Shown: positions 19,984 through 29,725 of the stretch, in pieces | How the letters are laid out: each line of letters starts with the position of its first letter | Position numbering within the stretch: the stretch's first letter is position 1 | Source: an uncultured Chloroflexia bacterium | GTDB lineage: Bacteria; Chloroflexota; Limnocylindria; QHBO01 | Assembly: GCA_963825525.1 (NCBI GenBank) | Contig: CAWGTN010000002.1 | Span: 1,856,001 to 1,920,000 of the forward strand | Length of the DNA: 64,000 nucleotides | Direction: 5' to 3' | The notes under the pieces: generated by a model | Seen by the model: only the letters and a program-made list of their open reading frames with translations | The model's database searches: none | What the model was told of the DNA's origin: nothing | Position numbers and translations under genes: made by a program

Positions 19984-21349
19984 ATGAGCCCCGACGTCCT
20001 GCTGACAACCCTGCGCGACATCGTCGGCGAACGACACTGCCTCGTCGACCCGTCGCTGCGAGCCTCGTACGAGACCGACTGGACGCGCCGATTCCATGGC
20101 GAGGCCGTCGCCGTGGTGAGGCCCGGCACCGTGAGCGAGGTGGCGGGCATCCTGGTCGCGTGCGGCAGGGCCGGCGTCGGGGTGGTGCCCCAGGGCGGCA
20201 ACACCGGGCTGGTCGGCGGCTCGGTGCCGCGCGGTGGCGAGGTCGTCATGAGCATGCGTCGGCTCAACCAGATCACCGATCTTGATGCCGATGCCGGTGA
20301 GATGACCGCCGGGTCGGGCGTCACCCTGGCCGACGCGCAGACCGCCGCCCGGGCTGCCGGCTGGGACGTGGGAATCGACCTCGGAGCGCGAGATTCGGCG
20401 ACGATCGGCGGCCTGGTTGCCACCAATGCGGGCGGCGTCAATGTTGTGCGCCATGGGCCGATGCGGGCGCAGATGCTGGGGTTCGAGGCGGTCCGCGCGG
20501 ACGGCACGGTCCTGGAGCGGATGCCGGGCATGCCCAAGGACAACACCGGCTACGACCTCGGTTCGCTGCTCGCAGGATCGGAGGGCACCCTGGCGGTGAT
20601 CACCCGGGTCCGACTGCGTCTCGTGCCACCTCTGCGACAGCGCGCAGTCTGCGTGCTCGGGTTCGACGACCCGAGCAGCGCCGTTGCCGCGGCCGCCGTG
20701 CTGCGCCGGACGCTGGCATCGGTCCTTGCGCTGGAGCTGTTCACGGATGCCGGCCTGGATCTCGTCATGCGCCACGCCGCGGTGGCGCCGCCCTTCACGC
20801 CGCGCACCCCGATCTACCTGCTCGTCGAAGTCGCATCCGATGATGTTGATCCGACGGAGGGCCTCCTCTCCGCCATCGGGTCACTCGGGCGCGCTGAGGG
20901 TCCCGCGGCGATCGCGAGCGACGAGGCCGGACGGCATCGGCTCTGGCAGCTTCGGGAGAGGCACACGGAGGTCATCAACGCGGAGGGCGTGCCCCACAAG
21001 CTGGACGTGTCGGTGCCGATGGCGCGCTACGCCGAGCTGGTTGCGCGGGCGCCCGAGGTCGTCCGGGCCGTTGACCCCTCGGCTCGCACGATCGTGTACG
21101 GACACGTCGGCGACGGAAATCTGCACGTGAACATCCTGGGACCTGAGGTCGACGATGCGGCGACCGATGATGCCGTCCTGGAGTTCGTGGTGAGCCTGCG
21201 AGGCAGCGTGAGCGCGGAGCATGGCATCGGCATCGCCAAGGTGGGATGGCTGGTGCGGGATCGCGGCGAGGATGCACGTCGCCGCCATGCGCGCCATCAA
21301 GGCAGCCTGGGACCCGGCCGGCATCCTCAACCCGGGCGTCCTGTTCTGA
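19984..21349 (+). CDS. FAD-linked oxidase, D-2-hydroxyacid dehydrogenase/GlcD family (indel near 21275)
   Basis: PQGGNTGLVGG, ATIGG..ATNAGG, KDNTGYDL, GSEGTL, GHVGDGNLH, SAEHGIG; ends DPAGILNPGVLF* in the other frame. Confidence 0.9.
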
Positions 21350-21389
21350 CCGCGGTCGTCATCGGCGGCCGAGCGGCTAGCATCGACGC

Positions 21390-22190
21390 ATGACGAACTT
21401 CCTCGAGACGAACGGTGCTCGCATCGCCTACGACGCCACCGGCACCGGTGACCCCGTGGTGCTCATCCACGCCGGCGTGGCCAACCGAAGCATGTGGGAT
21501 GCGCAGGTCGAGGCGCTGCAGGGCGGCTACCGCGTCATCCGCCACGACACGCGCGGATTCGGCGAGACCGAGACCGATGCGGTCGCGTTCAGCAACCGCG
21601 CTGATGTGGCTGCCCTCCTCGACGAGCTGGGCGTCGACCGCGCGCACGTGGTGGGGCTCTCGCGCGGCGGAGCGATCGCCCTGGACTTCGCGCTCGAGTA
21701 CCCCGACCGGGTACGCTCGCTCACCGTGGTGGCAGGTGGAGTGAGCGGTTACGAATCGCCCGCCGAGCCGGCCCCCGAGACGTGGGAAGCGCCCGAGGCC
21801 ATGGAAGAGGCCAGGGATTGGCATGGCCTGTCCGAGTGGGAGACGGCGTACTGGGCCGATGGGCCGGGACAGCCGGTGGATCGGGTCCCCGACATCCGAC
21901 GCCAGGTGCATGAGTGGGTCCTCACGACGTATCTTGCCGAGAAGCAGGAGGGAGTGCCGCAACCGCTCGACCCGCCGGCTGCCGGCCGCCTGGCCGAGCT
22001 GCGGGTGCCACTGCTCGTGGTGCTCGGCACGCTGGATGATCCGGGCACCACCGAGTCGATGCGTCACCTGGCCGCCGCGGTTCCGGGCGCCCGCCTGGAG
22101 GAGTTCCCCACCGCGCACATGGTCAACCTGGAGGAGCCGATGCGATTCAACGCCGTGCTCCGCACGTTCCTCGACTCAACCCACGGTTGA
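21390..22190 (+). CDS. Alpha/beta hydrolase
   Basis: VLIHAG, DTRGFG, GLSRGG nucleophile elbow, AHMVNLE. Confidence 0.9.
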   Translation: MTNFLETNGARIAYDATGTGDPVVLIHAGVANRSMWDAQVEALQGGYRVIRHDTRGFGETETDAVAFSNRADVAALLDELGVDRAHVVGLSRGGAIALDFALEYPDRVRSLTVVAGGVSGYESPAEPAPETWEAPEAMEEARDWHGLSEWETAYWADGPGQPVDRVPDIRRQVHEWVLTTYLAEKQEGVPQPLDPPAAGRLAELRVPLLVVLGTLDDPGTTESMRHLAAAVPGARLEEFPTAHMVNLEEPMRFNAVLRTFLDSTHG

Positions 22191-22200
22191 GCGCGCCCGG

Positions 22201-23217
22201 GTGAGCGAGCTTGACGATCTCCTCGCCGCGGCCGCGAGCGCACGCGAGGGGGGAGAGGCCTTCGCCCTCGCAACGGTGGTCTCGGTCCGCGGCTCGTCGT
22301 ATCGGCGGCCGGGAGCCCGACTCCTTGTGCCGGCGGAGGGACGCCCGGTGGGGCTCATCTCGGGTGGTTGCCTCGAGGACGAGGCGGCCCGCCTGGCGCG
22401 CGCCGCACTCCGCGACGGCGAGCCGATCCTCGTCACCGTCGACCACTCGGCCGAGGGTGACGAGCTGTGGGGCAGCGGCCTTGGATGCCGCGGCGTGATC
22501 GAGCTCCTGGCGGAGCCCCCGATCATGGCCGCCGATACGCTCGAAGCACTGCGTTCGGCGCGCGATGGGACTCCGAGCTATCTCCTCACCGAGCTCGGCG
22601 GCGATCGCCGCCGGCTGACCGAAGGCGAGGCCGTGGCGCTCGGTGAGCGGGCATCGGCGGCAGTGGCGCACGGCCGGCCGGTGCTCATCGGCGAGACGGT
22701 CCTCGACCCGATCCTTCCGCCACTGCACCTCGTCATCTGCGGGGCCGGTCCGGACGCCGCGCCCCTTGCCGCGGCCGGCAGTCGGATGGGCTGGCGAGTG
22801 AGCGTGGTCGATCCACGCCGCAGCCTGCTGCGATCCGGAGCCTTCGGCGGCGCGGAGCTGATCGACGCCGAGCCGGCAGCGGCGGCTGGAGTGGTCGACG
22901 CCGATCAATGGACGGCGGTCGTCCTCATGAGCCACGACTACCTGCGCGACACCGCGTTCCTCGAGGGGTTCCTGGCCCGCGGCGTCGGCTACCTCGGCGT
23001 GCTGGGACCGCGCGAGCGCACCGACCGCATGCTCCAGGAGCTGGGACGCGTCCTGACGGACCCCGAGCGCAGGATCGTGCATGCGCCGGCGGGCCTTGAC
23101 ATCGGGGCCGATGGAGCCGAGGAGGTCGCGACGGCGATCACGGCCGAGATCCTTTCCGTCCTGCGCGGCGGCTCCGGCGTCCCGTTGCGCGATCGGCCCG
23201 GCCCGATCCACGGATGA
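22201..23217 (+). CDS. xdhC: XdhC/CoxI family Mo-cofactor chaperone
   Basis: ATVVSVRGSSYRRPGAR, ISGGCLE, GLGCRG, MSHDY..D, YLGVLGP, APAGLDIGA...EE. Confidence 0.9.
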   Translation: MSELDDLLAAAASAREGGEAFALATVVSVRGSSYRRPGARLLVPAEGRPVGLISGGCLEDEAARLARAALRDGEPILVTVDHSAEGDELWGSGLGCRGVIELLAEPPIMAADTLEALRSARDGTPSYLLTELGGDRRRLTEGEAVALGERASAAVAHGRPVLIGETVLDPILPPLHLVICGAGPDAAPLAAAGSRMGWRVSVVDPRRSLLRSGAFGGAELIDAEPAAAAGVVDADQWTAVVLMSHDYLRDTAFLEGFLARGVGYLGVLGPRERTDRMLQELGRVLTDPERRIVHAPAGLDIGADGAEEVATAITAEILSVLRGGSGVPLRDRPGPIHG

Positions 23218-23224
23218 GGGTCGG

Positions 23225-24244
23225 TCAGCCGCCGATGAAGCTCATCTCGACCTTCGGAAGGTCGACGGTCTCGAGGCTCCGAAGCTCGGAGTAGCGATCG
23301 TCGCGACCGGTCCAGATGCGTCGCAGCGCCTCCGCCAGCTCTCGATCGTCGGCGCCGGATCGAATGATCGCGCGCAGGTCGTGCCCCGAGGTGGCGAAGA
23401 GGCAGGTGAAGAGCTGGCCATCGGCGGAGAGGCGCGCGCGAGTGCAGTCGCCGCAGAAGGGCTCCGTCACGCTGGTGATGACGCCGATCTCCCCGCCGCC
23501 GTCCCGGTAGCGGTAGCGCTGGGCAACCTCGCCGCGGTAGTCGGACGAGACGGGCTCGAGCGGCCACCGGGCGCCGATGGCGGCCACCACCTCGGCGGCC
23601 GGAATGACATCGTCGAGCCGCCAGCCGTTCGATGCACCGACGTCCATGTACTCGATGAATCGCACCGTGGCGTCCGTCCCGCGGAAGTGCTCCGCGAGGT
23701 CCACGATGGCGTGCTGGTTGAGGCCGCGCCGGATGACGGCGTTGACCTTGATCGGGCCGAGGCCCGCCGATTCGGCCGCGGCGATCCCCTCGAGGACCCG
23801 CGACACGGGGAAGCCCACGTCGTTCATGGCCTGGAAGGTGGCGTCGTCGAGGGCGTCGAGGCTGACCGTGACGCGGTCCAGCCCGGCATCGGCCAGGGCT
23901 TGCGCGCGTTTTGCCAGCAGGGACGCGTTGGTCGTCAACGTCAGGTCGTCGATGCCGTCGATCGCCGAGAGCATTCCGACCAGCGTCTCGAGGTTCCGGC
24001 GCACCAGTGGCTCCCCACCGGTCAGCCGCACCTTTCGGACGCCGAGTGCCACCGCGGCGCGCACGACGCGTTCGATCTCCTCGAAGTCCAGGATCTCGGC
24101 CCTCGGCAGGAACGCGTGATCGCGCCCGAACACTTCCTTCGGCATGCAATAGACGCAGCGGAAGTTGCAGCGGTCGGTGACGCTGATCCGCAGATCGCGC
24201 ATCGGGCGGCCGAGGGTGTCGAGGACGGTCAACGGTTCGGGCAT
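23225..24244 (-). CDS. moaA: GTP 3',8-cyclase
   Basis: LRISVTDRCNFRCVYCMP, TGGEPL, FCGDCTRAR..DG...TC, MSFIGG*. Confidence 0.97.
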   Translation of the reverse strand: MPEPLTVLDTLGRPMRDLRISVTDRCNFRCVYCMPKEVFGRDHAFLPRAEILDFEEIERVVRAAVALGVRKVRLTGGEPLVRRNLETLVGMLSAIDGIDDLTLTTNASLLAKRAQALADAGLDRVTVSLDALDDATFQAMNDVGFPVSRVLEGIAAAESAGLGPIKVNAVIRRGLNQHAIVDLAEHFRGTDATVRFIEYMDVGASNGWRLDDVIPAAEVVAAIGARWPLEPVSSDYRGEVAQRYRYRDGGGEIGVITSVTEPFCGDCTRARLSADGQLFTCLFATSGHDLRAIIRSGADDRELAEALRRIWTGRDDRYSELRSLETVDLPKVEMSFIGG

Positions 24245-24287
24245 GTGCCGTCCATGGTGGCAGCGCCGGCCGATCCTGCCAATCGCG

Positions 24288-26168
24288 TCATCCCACGAAT
24301 CGCCCGAGGCCGATGGTCGCACCCAGGATGACGGCAACCGCGCCTCCAACGACCAGCGCGATCCGCGACGCGGCCAGCTCGCAGCGCGGCAGGCGCGCGC
24401 CACCCAGGCCGAGGCCCACCCCCACGGCTCCGAACAGCAGCAGCGCGGCCGCGATGACCGTGACGATATCGAGCGGCGGCTGGGCTCGGCCGTCGTCGAT
24501 CCCGGACTCGGACAACGTGAATGCGAAGCGCTGCCGGGCCATCTCCACGCCGGATTGCGCGGACAGGATCCGGACGCTCGTGTCCCAGGAGCTCGATCCG
24601 GGCAGGACGACCGCATCGGCGATCCACTCGATGGTTCCTGTCGTCGAGGCCTGCGTCGCGCCGTGCGTCCCGCCATGTGACCCGCCGGCATCGGCGGTGG
24701 TGAGTGGGACCCGAGTGCTGGAACCGGTGTCGAGTCGATCGAGACCGAGCTCCAGCGATGAAGCGGCAAGCGCATCGGTGGTGCTGACCACGATCCGGTT
24801 GAGCCCCGGGCGTCCGGGAACGAGGCTCATGCTCATGCCGGGCGCGATCGTTCCGAAGGCGTCCGGGATCGGCGCGATCCCGACACCCAGCGGCTCGTCG
24901 ACCGGCGGCGTGCTTGCGAGGGCCGCGGTCATGACCAGCACCGTCGTCGCCAGCATCAGCTCGATCGTGACGCGGTTGCGCAGGCCGTCCAGCCACATCA
25001 TCATGCGGCCGCCGTCGAGGTAGTTCAGTCCGCCGAGCGCCAGGGCACCCCCGGCGAAGCCGCCCTTCATGAGGAGGGTGCGGCCGTATTCGGTGTCGAG
25101 GTCGAGCACCACCCCGGTCTGCACGATTGCGCTGTGGATTCCGGTCAGGACAACGAGGCCGATGGAGACCAGTGCCAGAGCGGAGAAGCGCGGAACGCTG
25201 GTGCGCATGGTCGGGACCGGCCCCTCGCTGAGCATCCGCGGCCAGCGGGCCAGGATCACGAGCCCGACGATTCCGCCGATCCAGACGGCCGCGCCGGAGA
25301 CATGCACCAGCTGGCTCAGGACCGCGGCCGGGCCGGGAATGCCGGACGCATGGCCCGCCAGCACGAGGAGCACCACGCCGGCCAGGCCGGTGGCACCCGC
25401 CGCGAGACCCGCGATGCGTCCGGGCACGACGACGAGGAGCGCGACACCACCGAGCGCGGCGACCGAGGCGCGCGCGAGCTGGAGGACACCGTTGCGACTT
25501 CCGGTCAGGTACTCGGCGACCCCGCCGGCTTCGAGGCCGGACACCGTGGCCGCCACCAGGGTCGCAAGGCCCGAGAGGACCAGCGCCCCTCCGATTCCGC
25601 GGACGAGGACCTGCGGCATGGGCCCGGAGCGGACGACCACGCGATGGAAGACGCTCAGGCCGATGGCCAGGAGCAGACCGATATAGGTCAGCCAGCGACC
25701 GATGACCGCCGACGGCTCCGCAGCCTCGTGGACCACGTCGTCACCGCCGGCGGCACTGACCTCGCCCACGTCGCCGACGCCGAAGCTCAGGAACCCCTCG
25801 GCGGTATGCCCGTCGGCTGCCGACAACGTGCGCCAGGTGAGCGTGTAGATCCCCTCGCCGAGCTCGGGCGCCTCGAGCACCAGCGCGAACGGATCCTCCG
25901 GATCCACGGTTCCGACACGCGAGAGAACGGTCTCACCGTCAGGATCGGCGAGGTCGAACGACGTCACCTGCTCCTCGAGCGGCTCGCTGAAAACGAGCCG
26001 GATCTCTTCGGGCGTCTCGGGCAGGACCGCGCCTGCCCCCGGCGAGCTCGTCACCAGCTGCGCATGGGCAAGGACCCGCGTCCCCGCCGCGCCGGGCAGA
26101 GCCGGCGCGGCGAGAAGGGCGAGTACGGCAACCGCGCCGGCGAGGCGCAGCGCCCGGCACCCGGGCAT
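24288..26168 (-). CDS. Copper resistance CopC-CopD fusion (YcnJ-like)
   Basis: AHAQLVTSSP, FSE, WRTLSAADGH; CopD part GHA, HV..AAVWIGG, RFS..A, YGRTLL.K. Confidence 0.88.
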   Translation of the reverse strand: MPGCRALRLAGAVAVLALLAAPALPGAAGTRVLAHAQLVTSSPGAGAVLPETPEEIRLVFSEPLEEQVTSFDLADPDGETVLSRVGTVDPEDPFALVLEAPELGEGIYTLTWRTLSAADGHTAEGFLSFGVGDVGEVSAAGGDDVVHEAAEPSAVIGRWLTYIGLLLAIGLSVFHRVVVRSGPMPQVLVRGIGGALVLSGLATLVAATVSGLEAGGVAEYLTGSRNGVLQLARASVAALGGVALLVVVPGRIAGLAAGATGLAGVVLLVLAGHASGIPGPAAVLSQLVHVSGAAVWIGGIVGLVILARWPRMLSEGPVPTMRTSVPRFSALALVSIGLVVLTGIHSAIVQTGVVLDLDTEYGRTLLMKGGFAGGALALGGLNYLDGGRMMMWLDGLRNRVTIELMLATTVLVMTAALASTPPVDEPLGVGIAPIPDAFGTIAPGMSMSLVPGRPGLNRIVVSTTDALAASSLELGLDRLDTGSSTRVPLTTADAGGSHGGTHGATQASTTGTIEWIADAVVLPGSSSWDTSVRILSAQSGVEMARQRFAFTLSESGIDDGRAQPPLDIVTVIAAALLLFGAVGVGLGLGGARLPRCELAASRIALVVGGAVAVILGATIGLGRFVG

Positions 26169-26782
26169 CAGGCGCGGCGACGCGCCACGGCCAGCCCCAG
26201 GGCCATCAGGCCGGCCAGGAGCCCGGCGCCGCCGACCACGAGCGCCAGCGTTGCCGTCCCCGCCGCAGCGGCTCCGGCCTCGGCGTCCCGAGCCGTATCG
26301 CCAGCCGCAGGCAGGACGACCGGGAACTGGCCGGCGGTCGCGTCCTGCACCTCGCTGAACGTGTCCGGACCGGATGTGAACCTTTCGTCGATCGGCTCAC
26401 CGTCAATCTCGCCGAAGATGTGGAAGGTGTACGCGCCGGCGGCCGTCGGGAAGAAGACCGCCCGGTAGGCACCCGGCTCGCCGAATCGTGGCGAGATCTC
26501 GAGGTCGCGCGACTGGTCGCCGAAGGTGACTTCGGCCTCCAGCGTCTCCTCGAGTCCCTCCACCGGCTCGCCGTCATGCGTGACTCGGAGGTCGAGTCCG
26601 CTCTTCTGGCCGTTGAAGACCGGTTCGTCAAGGAACCCGACGATCATCGTGATGTCGTCGATTTCCCGGCTCTCGTGAGCCAGGGTGGAGCCGATGCTGG
26701 CGACCATCGTCAACATCGCCCCGAGGACGGCTGCGCGTCCAAGGCGTCGAAACATGTTCAGATTCTCCTCGCGGGTCGCCAT
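26168..26782 (-). CDS. Secreted, C-terminally anchored protein in the copper operon
   Basis: Signal peptide ending LA-HE, beta-rich body, C-terminal TM helix followed by RRRA. Confidence 0.7.
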   Translation of the reverse strand: MATREENLNMFRRLGRAAVLGAMLTMVASIGSTLAHESREIDDITMIVGFLDEPVFNGQKSGLDLRVTHDGEPVEGLEETLEAEVTFGDQSRDLEISPRFGEPGAYRAVFFPTAAGAYTFHIFGEIDGEPIDERFTSGPDTFSEVQDATAGQFPVVLPAAGDTARDAEAGAAAAGTATLALVVGGAGLLAGLMALGLAVARRRA

Positions 26783-26803
26783 GCGCGACCCGCCTGCGTT
26801 CGC

Positions 26804-27466
26804 TTACCTGGTCCTGAAGGCGAACGTCATCGGCGGTGCCCGACCCGCCACGTTGTCGGAGATGTCCGGCGCTCGACGGGGAGCGACGGGACGCCCGGGA
26901 CGTGGTACTGCCCGCGGGGCTCGGAGGCGGCTGCGTCGCAGTGCCGCCGCGATGATAGTGATGAGGTCGCGCTCGACCGCGCCGAGGGAAGCGACGACGA
27001 GCGCCGAAAGCGCCGTGAAGGCGGCCAGAACCGGGAGTGCGAGCGGATATTCCGGTCCGATCAGCGCTCCGAGCGCCGGGATGTGGCCGTGGGCAATCGC
27101 GTGTTCGAGGTTCTCCTGCACCACGAACCCGATGGTCACGACGACGAAGAGCCGTGACCAGGTCGCGACGAACCGGATGCGATGCGCCCCGTGGCCGGCA
27201 CGCGGGGCCCCCCGGGCGCGCCGTGCCAGCCGCACGATGTTGAGCATCCAGCGCCCGACCGCGATGGCCCCGACCACGGCGATCAGCGTGCTGGCCGCTG
27301 CCCAATATCCATGGCCGGCGCCGCGCAATGCGTGGGTCAGGGATTCGCCCGGCCCGAGCTGCGCCATGAAGATCGCATCGTGGCTGGCGAGCAGGACGAC
27401 GCCCGCGAGCGCCCAGAAGGCGATGCGCGGCGAGATGCGGGCGGCGATCCGTGTGGTGAATCCCAT
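26804..27466 (-). CDS. Hypothetical membrane protein
   Basis: Hydrophobic ORF with His motifs (SHDAIF, GHGYW, QENLEH...HGH), co-oriented upstream of the copper genes. Confidence 0.65.
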   Translation of the reverse strand: MGFTTRIAARISPRIAFWALAGVVLLASHDAIFMAQLGPGESLTHALRGAGHGYWAAASTLIAVVGAIAVGRWMLNIVRLARRARGAPRAGHGAHRIRFVATWSRLFVVVTIGFVVQENLEHAIAHGHIPALGALIGPEYPLALPVLAAFTALSALVVASLGAVERDLITIIAAALRRSRLRAPRAVPRPGRPVAPRRAPDISDNVAGRAPPMTFAFRTR

Positions 27467-27517
27467 GAATCTCATACGGTAGCCGGAACGCTTCATACGT
27501 CCGGACCGCCGATCAAG

Positions 27518-28942
27518 TCAGGCCGACTCGCCGTGACCGTGGGGATGTTCGACCATCCGCATTCGCAACGCGGGGAGGGGCCGCGGGTCCGGATCGGGCT
27601 CGTACTCGTCGGTCCCCTCCGCCACCGCGTACGTCCACGCCGGCCCGTCGTCGGAAATGGCACGCAGCCCATCGACGAAGGCGTCGATATCCGATCGGTT
27701 CGCGCCCAGGCCCAGGCTCATGCGGGCGGCGCCGGGCAGTCGCTCGTGATGACCGGCTCGCGTCTCGTCGAGCAGCCGGTTCGCCTCCGCGTCACTCACG
27801 CGGAGGAGCCGCATCATGAGCGGGTGGGCACAGAAGCATCCATGACGGATCCCGATCCCGTGCTCGGCCGACAGCACGGCCGCCAGGAGGTCGTATGGGA
27901 CGCCACGCAGGTTGAACGTGGCGAGTCCGACGCGGGGATGATCGGCATCCCAGATCCGATAGTGCTCGAAGCCATCGATCTCGCCGAGGCGGCCGAGCGC
28001 GTAGGCAAGGAGCTCCGCTTCCTCCGCGTGGACGCGATCCATTCCCGCCTGGGCGAGAGTGTCGCAGGCGACGCCCAGTGCAACCGCTCCGATGACGTTC
28101 GGCGAGCCGGCCTCCTGGCGGTCCGGCAGCTCCGCCCAGACGGTCTCATCGGTCGTCACCAGCTTCACCGCTCCTCCGCCCCGGAGGAACGGATCTCCCG
28201 CCGAGAGCCAGTCGCGTTCCCCGATGAGCGCACCGGCGCCGTACGGCGCATAGAGCTTGTGGCCGGACAGGGCCAGGTAATCGATGCCGTCACCGGCCAT
28301 GTCGATCGGCGCGTGTGGGGCGAGCTGGGCCGCATCCACGAGGAGACGAGCTCCGTGCTCATGGGCAACGCCTGCAATCTCGGCGAGCGGCCAGATCTCC
28401 CCCGTGACGTTCGACGCCCCCGTGATCGCGACGAGGTGCGGATCCTCGCAGTGCGGCAGGTCGCGCAGGGTGGCCGCCAGGATCTCGAGCATCTCGGCAG
28501 GCGATTCCGGTACCGGCAGGTAGCGAACGCCCATGCGCTTCCATGGCAGCAGGTTGGCGTGATGCTCGCCGGCGAAGCAGACCACGTGCGTCCCCTCCGG
28601 CAGGATGCCCGCCATGAGGTTGATCGAGTCGGTCGTGTTGCGGGTGATGATCACCGCGTCGTCGTCGCGCGCATTCACGAAGCGATGGATCGACTCGCGC
28701 GCTCCCTCGTAGGCGGCCGTCGACGCGCGTGACTTGAACCCCGCTCCGCGATGGACGCTGGAGTACCAGCCCAACAGCTCCTCGACGGCGTCATGGACGA
28801 CCTGGAGAGCAGGGGCCGATGCCCCGTAGTCCAGGTTGACGTAGCGCCTCGTCCCGCCGGTGACGAGAGGCACCTCGACATCGGCGCCGACCAGGCGCAC
28901 GAGGTCACTTCCGTGGATCGATGGCTCTCGGGTGGCCGTCAT
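27518..28942 (-). CDS. Aminotransferase class V PLP enzyme (cysteine desulfurase-like)
   Basis: NLDYGAS, SVHRG, EHHANLLPW, DAAQ..PH, SGHKLYAPYG, GIRHGCFCAHP. Confidence 0.92.
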   Translation of the reverse strand: MTATREPSIHGSDLVRLVGADVEVPLVTGGTRRYVNLDYGASAPALQVVHDAVEELLGWYSSVHRGAGFKSRASTAAYEGARESIHRFVNARDDDAVIITRNTTDSINLMAGILPEGTHVVCFAGEHHANLLPWKRMGVRYLPVPESPAEMLEILAATLRDLPHCEDPHLVAITGASNVTGEIWPLAEIAGVAHEHGARLLVDAAQLAPHAPIDMAGDGIDYLALSGHKLYAPYGAGALIGERDWLSAGDPFLRGGGAVKLVTTDETVWAELPDRQEAGSPNVIGAVALGVACDTLAQAGMDRVHAEEAELLAYALGRLGEIDGFEHYRIWDADHPRVGLATFNLRGVPYDLLAAVLSAEHGIGIRHGCFCAHPLMMRLLRVSDAEANRLLDETRAGHHERLPGAARMSLGLGANRSDIDAFVDGLRAISDDGPAWTYAVAEGTDEYEPDPDPRPLPALRMRMVEHPHGHGESA

Positions 28943-28964
28943 CACCTTCATCCTACCCCCGACG

Positions 28965-29705
28965 TCAGGGGAAGAAGGCAAGCTTTGCAGCCGCCAGCAC
29001 CAGGACCAACGCCAGCGCCCGACGCAGGTTCAGGATCGTGAACCTGGTCGATCCGAGTCGAGAGCCGATGAGCCCGCCGCCAACGACCCCGGCGATCCAC
29101 ACCGGAATCTCCGGAGGGAGCGCCACCCCACCGCGCAGCAGCCCGGCGATCCCGGCCACCGAGTTCACCAGGATGAAGGCTCCCGACAGACCGGCCGCGG
29201 CCCGCGTCCCGGTCCAGCCCGTGAGGACGAGAAGCGGGGTCAGGAAGATGCCGCCGCCCGTCCCGCTCAGGCCGGCGAGGAGGCCGATTCCAGCACCGCT
29301 CGCAATGCCCGCCGCCATGGGAACGCCGGATGGCGTGGTGTCGTCGTCAGGGGAGGGCGAGGTTGCCAGCCGCACGGCGCCCGCCAGCAGCACGAGCGCC
29401 ACGAGCGGCCGATACAGCTCGCCGGGCAGGTGAATCATCCCGCCCAGGAATGCCATCGGCACGGACCCCATCGCGAGGGGCACCAGCTGGCGCCACGGGA
29501 GGTGTCCTGCCCGATGAAAGCGGACGATGACGATCGTCGCCACGAACAGGTTGAGGACCAGCGCCGTGGGGCGCATCGTCTCTGGCAGGACGCCGACCAG
29601 CGCCATCGCGGCCAGGTATGCCGATGCGCCGGCGTGGCCGACGCTCGAGTACAGCAGCGCCGCGGCGAAGAAGAGCGCCGCCAGCAGCAGCGCATCGGGG
29701 CTCAT
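28965..29705 (-). CDS. TauE/SafE family sulfite exporter
   Basis: LYSSVGHAGASAY, AGLSGTGGGIFLTP; multiple TM helices. Confidence 0.88.
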   Translation of the reverse strand: MSPDALLLAALFFAAALLYSSVGHAGASAYLAAMALVGVLPETMRPTALVLNLFVATIVIVRFHRAGHLPWRQLVPLAMGSVPMAFLGGMIHLPGELYRPLVALVLLAGAVRLATSPSPDDDTTPSGVPMAAGIASGAGIGLLAGLSGTGGGIFLTPLLVLTGWTGTRAAAGLSGAFILVNSVAGIAGLLRGGVALPPEIPVWIAGVVGGGLIGSRLGSTRFTILNLRRALALVLVLAAAKLAFFP

Positions 29706-29725
29706 GGCCCCATGCTACGGGCTGG

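Noticed and set aside
28942-28990. SAM riboswitch or CsoR-like operator before the class V aminotransferase
   Set aside because: The gene appears leaderless, leaving no UTR. TACCCCC...GGGGAA is imperfect and overlaps the tauE stop.
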